From an uncultured Muribaculaceae bacterium (GTDB lineage Bacteria > Bacteroidota > Bacteroidia > Bacteroidales > Muribaculaceae): 64,000 nucleotides of DNA. Position numbers and translations under genes: made by a program. The stretch covers positions 9,066 through 73,065 of the forward strand of contig CAJTJV010000009.1 in the NCBI GenBank assembly GCA_910576775.1, given 5' to 3'. Positions 8,726 through 19,102 of the stretch are shown here, in pieces. Below the pieces are notes generated by a model. It searched no databases. It was given only the letters and a program-made list of their open reading frames with translations, and was not told the origin of the DNA. Within the stretch, counting starts at the first letter, position 1. Every line of letters starts with the position of its first letter.

Positions 8726-10965
8726 AACACTGTTTTTTAACCCTTATTATGGTATCGGCCGCCGCTGTCACTTGTTTTGCCGAGGATATAATAAAAACCG
8801 ATGCGTACCGTTGGCATGGGGATACTATTACTCAGGATATATACATGGCGACGGCGCCCAATGTGTTCGAGATTGTCTCCAATTATTCGGCAGAACCCGG
8901 TTATGCTTTCCCGATTGGCAAGCAGTGGAAACTGAAAAATGACATAAGCTCATATCCGCAGCTGAAAACCCCTAATAAGCTCCATGCCGCTATATATAAT
9001 ATGGGTCTTGATGAAATGGTTAATGCCGTGGAACCCGACACAACCCTTCGCACAGGCAAAGAATGGGCCGGCGTATGGACGCGAGATGTCAGTTATTCAA
9101 TTCTTCTGTCAATGGCTTATATGCAACCGGAGGCCTCTATGATATCGCTGATGAAAAAAGTGAATAAGAACGGTGTAATCATACAGGATACCGGTTCGGG
9201 TGGTGCATGGCCTGTAAGTACCGACCGTCTTATCTGGGCGCTTGCCGCATATGAAATCTATAAAGTTACGGGCGACCGCGACTGGCTGAAAAAGATTTAC
9301 CCTATAATTAAGAAATCCATTGATGATGATAGTATTGTGACGTCCTCTGAGAGCGGCCTTGCCAAGGGGGAGACCTCTTTTATCGACTGGCGCGAGCAGA
9401 GCCATCCCCGCTGGATGCAGACTGTCGATATTTATAATTCGGAAGCACTCGGCACTACGATAGTGCATTCACAGGCGCTACGCGTGCTTGCTGCAATCGC
9501 CGAAGATCTGGGTTACAAGAAGGTTGCCAAAGAGAGTATTGCCAGAGCGGATGCCATCGACGAGGCTGTCAATCGTGAGCTGTGGCTTGAAGATAAAGGT
9601 TATTATGCCATGTACCGCTATGGCCGTAATTTCCCGATTGTCAATCCGCGTGCGGAGACGCTCGGCGAATCCCTTGCAATCCTGTATGATGTGGCGGACG
9701 CAGGACGTGCGAAGACAATCACTGAAAGCAATCCCACCACTCCTTTCGGTACTGCGATTTTCTTCCCTCAGATTGCCGATATGCCCCCTTATCACAACAA
9801 TGCCCTGTGGCCTTGGGTGGGCGCATACTGGGCTCTCGCCAATGCCAAGGTCGGCAACGAGGCCGGAACTCTTGAAGCCATCGGTGCAGTCTTCCGTCCG
9901 GCGGCGCTCTTCGCGACCAACAAGGAGAATTTCGTCCTTGACAACGGAGATATAGCAACGGAGCTTAATTCCTCGAACATGCTTTGGTGTCTTGCAGGCA
10001 ACATAGCTATAACACATAAGATTCTTTTTGGTATTGAATTCGAAAAAGACGGTCTCGCTTTCCATCCGTTTGTTCCCAAGGCTCTTGGAGGCGAACGCAC
10101 TCTCGAAGGCTTCAAATACCGCAACGCAGTATTGGATATAACTGTAAAAGGTTATGGCAGCGAGATAAAGAGTTTTACTCTCAACGGTAAGGAACACAAG
10201 CCTTTCATTCCTGCAAATATCAAGGGTAATAATACTATTGTGATAACAATGGCCGATAATCTCGTCGAACCAATGAAGGTTAACCGTACACCAAACAAAA
10301 AAGCGCCTTGGACACCTTTGGCATGGTTTGAGGATGGTCGTCTGAAATGGAATCCGATAGAATATATGGCAAATTATGTTGTCATCCGCGACGGTAAACG
10401 GATTGCAACTACCCGTCAGACTGATTTCGATGCCTCAATTCCAGGAGAATATCAGGTTATCGCAGTTTCTTCAGATGGTATTGAATCATTTGCATCAGAG
10501 CCACGTTCTAACCGTGAGCGCATTGTGGTGCAGATGCCGTCGGAGAAAACTGCAATCAGCTCTTCCGAGGCATGCAATGTCCCGGCTAATGCAGAAGGTT
10601 ATACAGGTGCCGGATTTGTTGAACTCGATAAGGCTTCTTCGCCGGTAGACATCACAATAGATGTGCCGGTGGATGGAACTTATTCTATTGCGGTACGTTA
10701 TGCCAATGGCAATGGTCCGGTCAATACTCAGAACAAATGTGCAATCCGCAGCCTCAGTGTTGATGGTAAAAGAGTCGGCACGCTTGTTATGCCGCATCGC
10801 GGAAAAGGGAATTGGAGTGATTGGGGCATGAGCAATTATGTCCGGATACCTCTGACAGCCGGCAAGCATACACTTGTTATTGATTTTCGTCCCGACAACA
10901 ATAATATGAATCTCAAGACAAACCACGTTCTTGTTGATTGTATTACTATTGAAAGGTTATTCTGA
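8722..10965 (+). CDS. Secreted six-hairpin glycoside hydrolase (amylo-alpha-1,6-glucosidase / MGH1-like) with C-terminal CBM35/CBM6-like module
   Basis: Signal peptide; WTRDVSYS, QDTGSGGAWP and YHNNALWP; C-terminal GYTGAGFV..RYANG..GNWSDW carbohydrate-binding module. Confidence 0.75.
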   Translation: MKHCFLTLIMVSAAAVTCFAEDIIKTDAYRWHGDTITQDIYMATAPNVFEIVSNYSAEPGYAFPIGKQWKLKNDISSYPQLKTPNKLHAAIYNMGLDEMVNAVEPDTTLRTGKEWAGVWTRDVSYSILLSMAYMQPEASMISLMKKVNKNGVIIQDTGSGGAWPVSTDRLIWALAAYEIYKVTGDRDWLKKIYPIIKKSIDDDSIVTSSESGLAKGETSFIDWREQSHPRWMQTVDIYNSEALGTTIVHSQALRVLAAIAEDLGYKKVAKESIARADAIDEAVNRELWLEDKGYYAMYRYGRNFPIVNPRAETLGESLAILYDVADAGRAKTITESNPTTPFGTAIFFPQIADMPPYHNNALWPWVGAYWALANAKVGNEAGTLEAIGAVFRPAALFATNKENFVLDNGDIATELNSSNMLWCLAGNIAITHKILFGIEFEKDGLAFHPFVPKALGGERTLEGFKYRNAVLDITVKGYGSEIKSFTLNGKEHKPFIPANIKGNNTIVITMADNLVEPMKVNRTPNKKAPWTPLAWFEDGRLKWNPIEYMANYVVIRDGKRIATTRQTDFDASIPGEYQVIAVSSDGIESFASEPRSNRERIVVQMPSEKTAISSSEACNVPANAEGYTGAGFVELDKASSPVDITIDVPVDGTYSIAVRYANGNGPVNTQNKCAIRSLSVDGKRVGTLVMPHRGKGNWSDWGMSNYVRIPLTAGKHTLVIDFRPDNNNMNLKTNHVLVDCITIERLF

Positions 10966-11075
10966 GTGCTAAATATTTCAAAATTCCCAAACTCGGTTTG
11001 CTATAGACAAAATAATTGTTATTTTTGCCGATGCAAGGCTGAAAACCCGAGCAAGAACGACTTATTCAATTGATT

Positions 11076-11537
11076 ATGGAAAACGTACAGCCCAATATCA
11101 CAATCCTGTCGGTCAATGAAGTACCCGACTCTACGGTTATTAACCGCAGTGCTCTTCGCCGTATGGGCAACCAGACGGTGAATGTAGATCTCAACGTGCG
11201 TGTTGTACCGAACGTAGAAAAGTCGATAGTGAGTCTTGTCGTCAGCTGTTCCTATCTCGCTCAGATAGGATTCCTGCGTTATAGGATTCTTGTAAGCTCG
11301 GTTGTTGCAAATTTCGGGGTTGAGAATCTCCGTAAGATTGTGATACCGAAGGGTGACGAGAACGTCATTCCTTCGGATATCATGATGACTATGCTGGGAG
11401 TGGCGGTTGGTGCGTTGCGCGGAGTTGTTGCTGTCCGTACTCAAGGTACCAAACTACGTAACAGTCCGCTGCCACTTATAGATTTAAAGACTCTTATATA
11501 CAGGCTACATTACGGACAGACTCCTGTCGACCGCTGA
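11076..11537 (+). CDS. Hypothetical protein, possible SecB-like chaperone
   Basis: Alternating beta-strand pattern followed by LGVAVGALRGVVAVRT..LPLID, similar to the C-terminal helix and PxI motif of SecB-like proteins. Confidence 0.5.
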   Translation: MENVQPNITILSVNEVPDSTVINRSALRRMGNQTVNVDLNVRVVPNVEKSIVSLVVSCSYLAQIGFLRYRILVSSVVANFGVENLRKIVIPKGDENVIPSDIMMTMLGVAVGALRGVVAVRTQGTKLRNSPLPLIDLKTLIYRLHYGQTPVDR

Positions 11538-11546
11538 CACTGATTC

Positions 11547-12491
11547 TCAGATTTCTATTTCCTTCGGGTCGATAAGGCCGTTGATAATAGCATATATAGT
11601 CAGGCCTGCCGGAGAATGTATATCAAGTTTTGAGCATATATTGCGCCGATGTGTCGTAACGGTGTTGACAGAAATGCATAGTTTGTCGGCAATTTCTTTA
11701 TTGCTCATGCCTTTGGCCACGCATATTGTTATTTCCTCCTCGCGTTTTCCGAGTGTCGGGGCCATATTCTCGTTTTCTTCGCTGATATGGGCACCGCTCT
11801 CGATACGTTTTATCATTTTTTCGGCTTTGATTACAGCGGGTACGAGGATGCGGTTTTCCACCTCGCAATGGCTGATAAGGTCGGCTTCGCAATTAATTAT
11901 GTCGAAAAGAACACTATTTATAAGGTCGGCGTTTCCCTGGGGACAATATGATATAAGGACATCCTTGAGGCGATTGAGCTTGTCGGAAATGGCATCGTGA
12001 TGGCGGGCGAATACACTGATGTTGTATCCGCTTTTTACCGGACGTCCGCCAATAAGGCTCTCAATGTAGCCAAAAAGAGTATCGTTTTCATATTCCATGT
12101 GTCGACGCACCTCGCCTACATATTCATCGAAGAAACGGAGAATAAGCTGGGCAACGTCGCTTGAATGGGAAAAATCTGTTCCGAGTATGAATTTACGTCG
12201 TATTTCCGGTAGAAAAAAGTCGAGGAAGAAAGTGTGTGCGCGTTTCAGATATGTCATAAGCGTGTTAAGATCCACATCTTCCGGATTGAAAGGACGTCCG
12301 CTTATCATATTTGCCACGCATAGGAAGGTGGGCATATGGATACCGGTTCGTATGCCAATGTCTTCAATGCTGTTGCCAGCTTCCTTCAGTGGAATGCCGA
12401 AACGGCTTATCACCATCAATAGAAGGCTGTTATCTTTTATTAACTCGCGAAGCCTGTTGTTTTCATCGAATGACTTTTCCATATTGTTCAT
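11547..12491 (-). CDS. LuxR-family regulator with hemerythrin-like (HHE) domain
   Basis: HMEYEN and HCEVEN motifs; C-terminal HTH GMSNKEIADKLCISVNTVTTHRRNI. Confidence 0.85.
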   Translation of the reverse strand: MNNMEKSFDENNRLRELIKDNSLLLMVISRFGIPLKEAGNSIEDIGIRTGIHMPTFLCVANMISGRPFNPEDVDLNTLMTYLKRAHTFFLDFFLPEIRRKFILGTDFSHSSDVAQLILRFFDEYVGEVRRHMEYENDTLFGYIESLIGGRPVKSGYNISVFARHHDAISDKLNRLKDVLISYCPQGNADLINSVLFDIINCEADLISHCEVENRILVPAVIKAEKMIKRIESGAHISEENENMAPTLGKREEEITICVAKGMSNKEIADKLCISVNTVTTHRRNICSKLDIHSPAGLTIYAIINGLIDPKEIEI

Positions 12492-12585
12492 GCGGTAAAA
12501 TTAATAAATTATGCTGAAAATGGAAAGCTAACCTGTTGTCGAATCGGAAATTTTGACTAATTTTGCGCTATATATAAGTATAAAA

Positions 12586-12963
12586 ATGGATCTGATGAAA
12601 CAATGTCCGAATTGCAAGCAGTACGTTGAAGATAGTGCGGCGTTCTGCAACCATTGTGGTTATTCATTTGTGAACTCCCAGCAGGCTCAACCGGTGGGCG
12701 ACAACGCTTTCGATGTTTGCGGTCCTGAAGGCAAGAGCAGAGGTGTCGCAGCTCTGCTTGCTATTCTGTTGGGTGGTCTCGGCATACAGTACTTTTATCT
12801 TGGCAAAGTCACTGCCGGGATTCTGTCGATTGTTCTCAGTCTCGTAACATGTGGCTGTTGGTCGGTTATCGCTCTTATACAGGGTATTCTTATGCTCTGT
12901 ATGACAAACCAGCAGTTCCGTATGAAATACGTTACAAATCCGTCGAGTTTCCCCGTATTCTGA
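12586..12963 (+). CDS. Zinc-ribbon plus TM2-domain membrane protein
   Basis: CPNC..FCNHCG; KSRGVAALLAILLGGLGIQYFYLGK. Confidence 0.85.
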   Translation: MDLMKQCPNCKQYVEDSAAFCNHCGYSFVNSQQAQPVGDNAFDVCGPEGKSRGVAALLAILLGGLGIQYFYLGKVTAGILSIVLSLVTCGCWSVIALIQGILMLCMTNQQFRMKYVTNPSSFPVF

Positions 12964-12997
12964 TAATAGTCTCATCCCGAACACTTGCAGGAAAAGT

Positions 12998-13741
12998 ATG
13001 CGGAAGTATGCTTTAGTGTTTATTGTGTACTATTCCATATCGCTGTTGTTCTCTTGTGGTCAACGGAATTCGGAATGTATATCACCTGAACTGGCAGCTG
13101 TTCTTGTCCCGGATTCGGCTAACCCCTTTGCTGAAATTGTGGATTCCGCTCCTGATGCCGGATGTAAACCGCTCGTAACCCGAGGCCCGCGTATTCCGCT
13201 TGGCAGAGTTTTCAACGATCTCAACGACGCTCATCTCGCCCGAGCACGTAAAGACGGCATAAAGCCTGTTTTTGATGCACCTTCGGCATGGCAAAATGGA
13301 GCCGGCCTTGTTGAAGTCCGTTCAGACAGTACTCTGTTTATTGATGAGCTGACACATTCGTATCCTTATCTTCTTCCCCATGCCGCCAATCTTTTGTCGG
13401 AAATAGGGCTACGCTTCTATCAGCTTTTACAGGCACGTGGTGGAGGGGACTACAGAATAAAGGTTACGAGTATATTGCGGACGGATGCCACTGTCGGTCG
13501 TCTGCGTCGTGTCAATCGTAATGCATCGAGCGAGAGCGCCCATACATATGCCACGACATTTGATATAAGTTATAGTAAATTCATTTGCGATAATTCCAAG
13601 GGAACCGGTCGGACGTTTGAGGATTTAAAGAATTTGCTTGCGGAAGTTGTCGATAGTCTGCGTTCCGAGGGGCGTTGTCTCGTAAAGAGAGAATACCGTC
13701 AGGCATGTTTTCATATAACCGCCATTGATACTGAAAAATGA
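12998..13741 (+). CDS. DUF5715-like lipoprotein, probable M15-type Zn peptidase
   Basis: Lipobox LFSC; TSILRT, SAHTYATTFDIS and E..QACFHIT. Confidence 0.7.
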   Translation: MRKYALVFIVYYSISLLFSCGQRNSECISPELAAVLVPDSANPFAEIVDSAPDAGCKPLVTRGPRIPLGRVFNDLNDAHLARARKDGIKPVFDAPSAWQNGAGLVEVRSDSTLFIDELTHSYPYLLPHAANLLSEIGLRFYQLLQARGGGDYRIKVTSILRTDATVGRLRRVNRNASSESAHTYATTFDISYSKFICDNSKGTGRTFEDLKNLLAEVVDSLRSEGRCLVKREYRQACFHITAIDTEK

Positions 13742-16700
13742 AACGAGTCGCAGTCCGCATTCTGTTGGTTTTTCTTTGGACGGTGATGGCAATTGTGCTG
13801 TTGCTGGCAGGAGTCCTTTTCTGCGGTGTGAAAATGCTCAGTCCTCAGGTTCTGACGCCGATGATATGCAAGGTTGCGAATGATAATCTGAATGCGGAGG
13901 TGTCACTCGCAAGCGCACAACTTGTTTTTGAACCGGCATTCCCTATTCTAAAACTGAAGCTCGACACACTCTCTGTTATATCAAAAACATTTTCGGCATC
14001 CGAAAGGGTGGGACTTCCGGAATATGCTGACACGCTTTTGGTATTTGAAGAATTTCGCGGCGATGTCGATGTGATGAAATTTTTTACAAAGGGTGAAATC
14101 GCTTTGGGGGATGTAGTGATATCTCGGCCGGGGATAAACATTGTTCTCGATAAAAACGGTAAGGGCAATTTCGATATATATGAGTCGGACGATTCAGAAG
14201 AAAAGGATTCGGCGAACACCCCGCTTCCGGCTGTATCCATTCATCGTTTAGCGCTTGTTGAACCTCGCGATATACGTTATTTCAATGCAACAGATTCCAC
14301 CGAGGCGACTGTGGTGTTGTTATCTGAGGCCGAAATACTCAATGGCTCCGGTTATGCCTATAATCTGAAAATCGACGGACGCCTCGGAGGCCCTTATGCC
14401 TCCATGCTCAGTATGGAGGATATTGCATTCGGTCTCGACGGAAAGATTCAATGGAATCCGTCGCGGCCCAAGCTGCTCGCTTTTGAGGAATTTTCGTTAT
14501 ACGGTGCTTTTCTGCGGGCGCATCTTAATACAGAACTTGCTTTTGACAGCACGCTTACAGTCGCGACAGCTTGTCTGACCGTCGACCCTGTGCGGGTGGC
14601 AGATGTGCTCGGAATTTTACCACAAGAGTATGTGAAGCGCTATAAGCTTTATAAACCCTCATTTACTACAGACGCTACTTTTGCTTTGGATGCAAAGCTG
14701 ATCCGTTCCTATAGTCCGGGTATCGATACCATCCCGTATGCTGATATTGACTTTAGAATTGCCGAGAGTATGTTGCGCTACGGCAATGCTGATATCCGTC
14801 GGCTTGCGTTGGATGCAGGAGTGGAACTCCGCGGAAACAATCCCGACAACATCCGGGTCCTTCTGAGAAAATTTGAAATCGCCGGTCCGGCAACGGCTCT
14901 TGCTTTCAGCGGGGAAATGTCTCGACCGATAAGCGACCCCGAATTCAAGCTACGGGTGGATGGAGGCATGGATTTTCAGAAATTGCCTCCGGTTCTTTCC
15001 GATATGATTCCCGGGACACTAACAGGACAACTGGCGCTTGCTTTCGATGCTGCCGGCAAGGTATCGATGTTTACAGTAAACCGAATCCATGAACTTATCG
15101 TAAACGGAGATGTCGATGGTAAGAATCTCTATTACCTTTCACCGGATACGGCGAAAATGGCTACTGTCGACAACTTATGTATAAAATTCAGTACGCAGTC
15201 CCGACGCGACAGATTACAGGAAACCCCGGAGATGGGGGCGTATATTAATATCGATACCGCCTCTGTGCTGGTCGACGGTGTGAAAATGGATATCGCCGGT
15301 TTACGGATGGGAGCTGCGATAGAAAACAGTGGAAATCTGGGCGATACAACTGTAGTCGTGCCGGTCGGAGCCGGTCTGGCATTGAAACGTTTCAATGTCT
15401 TTTCGATTACAGACAGCGCCGGTGTCCGTATGCGCGGACTTGACGGCAGGATAGAGCTCCTGCGCTATAAAGATGGTAATAGACTTCCGTTGTTGAGTGC
15501 TAATTTAGGAGTGGATGTTATGGCGGCCGGTTCGGCAAGCAGTCGTTTGATGTTGCGCGATGCGAAGATACATGCGACCACACACAAGAATCCGGAGCGT
15601 GCCAGATTGCGCTCCGAAGTACGTCATATAGCCGACAGTATAGGCCGCCGTCATCCTGAACTCAGCGCCGATTCCGTGCTTCATTTGGCCATTGCCAAGC
15701 GCATGAATAGTGCTGGAAAACATCGCAGACCCCGCTTGCAGACGATGTTTTCCGATGGAGATTTGGAGGTTGTTGACTGGAATATATCTTCCGGTTTGAG
15801 GCGATATCTGCTCGACTGGGAGCTTGACGGGTATATCAGGACAAGAAATGCACGCATGTTCACACCCTATTTCCCACTGCGTAACCGTATCCGCAATCTT
15901 GATATTGCATTCAATACCGATACAGTAAATCTTTCCGGCGTTACTTATCGAGCAGGAAACTCCGACATGACTGTAAGCGGAGCCATCACAAATATAAAGC
16001 GGGGGCTTACGTCGCGACGCCGCAACAGTGCGTTGAAGATACAATTCGATATATGTTCTGATACCATTGATGTAAATCAGATTGCCGCTGCGGCCTTTGC
16101 CGGTTCGGCGTATGCCGAACGCATACGTTCCGGCAGTTCAGGGCTCGATATGAATGCCGATGAAAAAGAACTCGAAAGGCAGCTCGATGCTCTTACAGAA
16201 GACAATGCCGATGCGATGGGCCCGCTGCTTATTCCCACCAATATCGACGGTCGGCTTAGTCTGAATGCCGACAATGTGCTATACGACAGTATTATCTTTA
16301 AAAATCTCACCGGTGATATACTCCTTTATGGCGGAGCTGTGAATCTCCACGACCTCAAGGCGACGTCCGAAGCCGGCAATATGTCTCTTTCGGCACTATA
16401 TGCGGCACCAAAAAAGGAAGATATGAAATTTGGGTTCGGCCTGCAGCTGGATGGATTCAAAATAGAACGTTTCCTAAAGCTTGTGCCCGCGATTGATTCC
16501 ATTATGCCGCTTATGCGCGATTTCTCGGGCATAATAAATGCCGATATAGCTGCTACGGCTGATATCGACAGTGCGATGAACATCGAGCTTCCTACACTTG
16601 ATGCGGCTGTGCGGCTAAGTGGCGATTCTATAGCTTTCATCAATCCGGAGACTTACCGTACAATAGGGAAATGGCTGCGGTTCCGCGACCGTGCCGACAA

Positions 16701-17253
16701 CAAGATTAAACGGATGAGTGTTGAACTCGTTGTCAAAGACAATATGCTACAGCTTTTCCCTTTCAGCTTCGAAATAGACCGTTACCGCCTTGGAGTGCTC
16801 GGACATAACGATATGGCTTTGAATTTCGACTACCATATTTCGGTGCTCAAGTCGCCGCTGCCGTTTCGTTTCGGTGTAAATGTGAAAGGGAATCCGGATA
16901 AATATAAGGTTCGTTTCGGTGGCGCCAAATATAAGGACAATATGTCTTATGAGTCTGTTTCTGTTGTCGACTCGGCCAGAGTGAATCTTGTGCAGCAGAT
17001 AGAGAATCTGTTCCGTCGCGGTGTGCGCAACTCGCGCTTCGCCAAACTCAATGTGGTGTCACCGTTGCCGGTAGGTGCACTTGAAGGTGAAGAACCCGTA
17101 CTTTCGGCGGCCGATTCCGTGGCATTGATACGCGAAGGTATTCTTCCTCAACCTATGTCACAACCTGTTGCTGATGAGACATTACCTGTAGAGAAGAAAG
17201 AGAAAAATAAAATATTTTCAGATAAGAAAGATGCAATCAGACCTAAAGAGTAA
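13738..17253 (+). CDS. AsmA-like protein
   Basis: N-terminal TM anchor; P.INIV.DKNGKGNF motif; long beta-rich body; AsmA-like C-terminus (G.NDMALNFDYHI). Confidence 0.8.
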   Translation: MKRVAVRILLVFLWTVMAIVLLLAGVLFCGVKMLSPQVLTPMICKVANDNLNAEVSLASAQLVFEPAFPILKLKLDTLSVISKTFSASERVGLPEYADTLLVFEEFRGDVDVMKFFTKGEIALGDVVISRPGINIVLDKNGKGNFDIYESDDSEEKDSANTPLPAVSIHRLALVEPRDIRYFNATDSTEATVVLLSEAEILNGSGYAYNLKIDGRLGGPYASMLSMEDIAFGLDGKIQWNPSRPKLLAFEEFSLYGAFLRAHLNTELAFDSTLTVATACLTVDPVRVADVLGILPQEYVKRYKLYKPSFTTDATFALDAKLIRSYSPGIDTIPYADIDFRIAESMLRYGNADIRRLALDAGVELRGNNPDNIRVLLRKFEIAGPATALAFSGEMSRPISDPEFKLRVDGGMDFQKLPPVLSDMIPGTLTGQLALAFDAAGKVSMFTVNRIHELIVNGDVDGKNLYYLSPDTAKMATVDNLCIKFSTQSRRDRLQETPEMGAYINIDTASVLVDGVKMDIAGLRMGAAIENSGNLGDTTVVVPVGAGLALKRFNVFSITDSAGVRMRGLDGRIELLRYKDGNRLPLLSANLGVDVMAAGSASSRLMLRDAKIHATTHKNPERARLRSEVRHIADSIGRRHPELSADSVLHLAIAKRMNSAGKHRRPRLQTMFSDGDLEVVDWNISSGLRRYLLDWELDGYIRTRNARMFTPYFPLRNRIRNLDIAFNTDTVNLSGVTYRAGNSDMTVSGAITNIKRGLTSRRRNSALKIQFDICSDTIDVNQIAAAAFAGSAYAERIRSGSSGLDMNADEKELERQLDALTEDNADAMGPLLIPTNIDGRLSLNADNVLYDSIIFKNLTGDILLYGGAVNLHDLKATSEAGNMSLSALYAAPKKEDMKFGFGLQLDGFKIERFLKLVPAIDSIMPLMRDFSGIINADIAATADIDSAMNIELPTLDAAVRLSGDSIAFINPETYRTIGKWLRFRDRADNKIKRMSVELVVKDNMLQLFPFSFEIDRYRLGVLGHNDMALNFDYHISVLKSPLPFRFGVNVKGNPDKYKVRFGGAKYKDNMSYESVSVVDSARVNLVQQIENLFRRGVRNSRFAKLNVVSPLPVGALEGEEPVLSAADSVALIREGILPQPMSQPVADETLPVEKKEKNKIFSDKKDAIRPKE

Positions 17254-17968
17254 ACTTGAAAGCGCTCTTGAAGCGTACGCTGTCCGTAGCGGCCATGCTC
17301 TTCAGGAGGTTGGCGCTGTTCTTTTCGACATGGACGGTGTGCTCTACGATTCCATGCCGGGACATTGCAGGGCATGGAAACAGATGTGCGACGAGAATGA
17401 TATCATCTCGGAATCCGATGAGTTTTATGTCTATGAAGGGCGTACGGGTGCGTCGACAATAGATATCCTTTTCCGGCGTCAGTTCGGTCACGGGGCTATC
17501 GATGATGATGTGAAGCGCCTGTATGCACGAAAATCCGAGCTTTTCAGGGCAGAAGGACCGGCACCGTTGATGTCAGGAGCCAGGAAAGCTGTCGAAACTG
17601 TCCGTGCAGCAGGAGCGATACCTGTGCTTGTGACAGGCAGCGGACAGACATCGATTCTCGAACGGCTGAATATTGATTATGATGACGCATTTCCGATCGA
17701 GCATAGAGTTACTGCCCATGATGTAAAGTACGGCAAGCCGGATCCGGAGCCATATCTTATGGGACTCGTCAAGGCCGGTGTCGGCAAATGTAAGGCCGTT
17801 GCCGTTGATAATGCTCCCCTTGGAGTAGAGTCTGCTTCACGTGCAGGAGTATTCACAATCGGAGTCCGTACAGGTCCTATCCCCGAAGGAATGCTGAGGG
17901 AGGCCGGTGCCGACATAGAGATTTTTTCGATGTCGGAGTGTGCTGTTTTGCTCAAAGAATTGTTATAA
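17231..17968 (+). CDS. HAD-IA family phosphatase (beta-phosphoglucomutase-like)
   Basis: FDMDGVLYDS, GKPDPEPY, DNAPLGV. Confidence 0.85.
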   Translation: MQSDLKSKLESALEAYAVRSGHALQEVGAVLFDMDGVLYDSMPGHCRAWKQMCDENDIISESDEFYVYEGRTGASTIDILFRRQFGHGAIDDDVKRLYARKSELFRAEGPAPLMSGARKAVETVRAAGAIPVLVTGSGQTSILERLNIDYDDAFPIEHRVTAHDVKYGKPDPEPYLMGLVKAGVGKCKAVAVDNAPLGVESASRAGVFTIGVRTGPIPEGMLREAGADIEIFSMSECAVLLKELL

Positions 17969-18025
17969 TAGGTATAATGGGCGCAGGTTTGCTTTTATAC
18001 GCCCTATTTTTTAAGTCAGAATTCT

Positions 18026-19099
18026 ATGAAACAGAAGCTTATCTTCACCAATCTTGTCGGCGAGGCTATTGATACCCTTGTCGGCGAACTTGGAAATCCG
18101 CAGGTTGTTGTCGTTGCAGACACCAATACTGCTCAATTCGTTCTTCCTATCCTTCGCAATGATTCTAAAGCTGTTGCCGATGCAAGGTTTATCAGTATCA
18201 AATCCGGCGATGCAAATAAGAATCTTGACGAACTACAGACCGTATGGCGCGAGCTGTCGGCTATGGAGGCCACCCGTTCCACTATTGTGATAAACCTCGG
18301 AGGCGGTGTCGTAAGTGATCTCGGCGGTTTTGCAGCCGCGACATTCAAGCGCGGCATGCGTTGTATAAATGTCCCGACAACGCTTCTTGCAGCTGTTGAT
18401 GCTGCCGTCGGTGGAAAGACAGGTATCAATTTCAACGGTCTGAAAAATCAGCTCGGATCATTCTATGAACCTGATGCCGCAATTATTTCCACTATATTTT
18501 TCAATACTCTCCCCGAACAGCAGATTCTTTCCGGATATGCCGAGATGCTCAAGCATGGGCTGCTCGAGAATCCGGATACGCTTGCTAAACTTCTTAAATA
18601 CAGTCCGGTATATCCGGTTTTCGATTCGGCGGCGCTTATGCCTCTGCTTGAGGCCAATGTGCTTGTAAAGGCCAATATAGTCGATAAGGATCTGACAGAA
18701 TCGGGACTGCGAAAAGCTCTGAATCTCGGACACACGATAGGCCATGCTTTCGAAGCATATTCCTATGAACAGAAATCGCCGATTGCACACGGTTATGCTG
18801 TAGCATGGGGTCTTGTAACCGAACTTGTGCTCTCTGACATTCTGCTTGGGTTCCCGTCAGAAACGCTACACCAGTTTGCCGATTATGTTAATAAGAATTA
18901 TGGTGCATATCCTATAACTTGTGACGACTATCCCGCTCTTATCGCGGCGATGCGTCAGGACAAAAAGAATACGAATCCTTCCGACATCAACTTTACCCTG
19001 CTTGAGGCCGTAGGAAAGCCCAGAATCGATGTTGTGGTTTCTGACGATAAAATAAAGGCCGCGCTTGATATTTACCGCGACCTGATGCATCTTGCGTAA
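18026..19099 (+). CDS. aroB: 3-dehydroquinate synthase
   Basis: LGGGVVSDLGGF, PTTLLAAVDAAVGGKTGIN, LNLGHTIGHA. Confidence 0.95.
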   Translation: MKQKLIFTNLVGEAIDTLVGELGNPQVVVVADTNTAQFVLPILRNDSKAVADARFISIKSGDANKNLDELQTVWRELSAMEATRSTIVINLGGGVVSDLGGFAAATFKRGMRCINVPTTLLAAVDAAVGGKTGINFNGLKNQLGSFYEPDAAIISTIFFNTLPEQQILSGYAEMLKHGLLENPDTLAKLLKYSPVYPVFDSAALMPLLEANVLVKANIVDKDLTESGLRKALNLGHTIGHAFEAYSYEQKSPIAHGYAVAWGLVTELVLSDILLGFPSETLHQFADYVNKNYGAYPITCDDYPALIAAMRQDKKNTNPSDINFTLLEAVGKPRIDVVVSDDKIKAALDIYRDLMHLA

Positions 19100-19102
19100 A
19101 CT

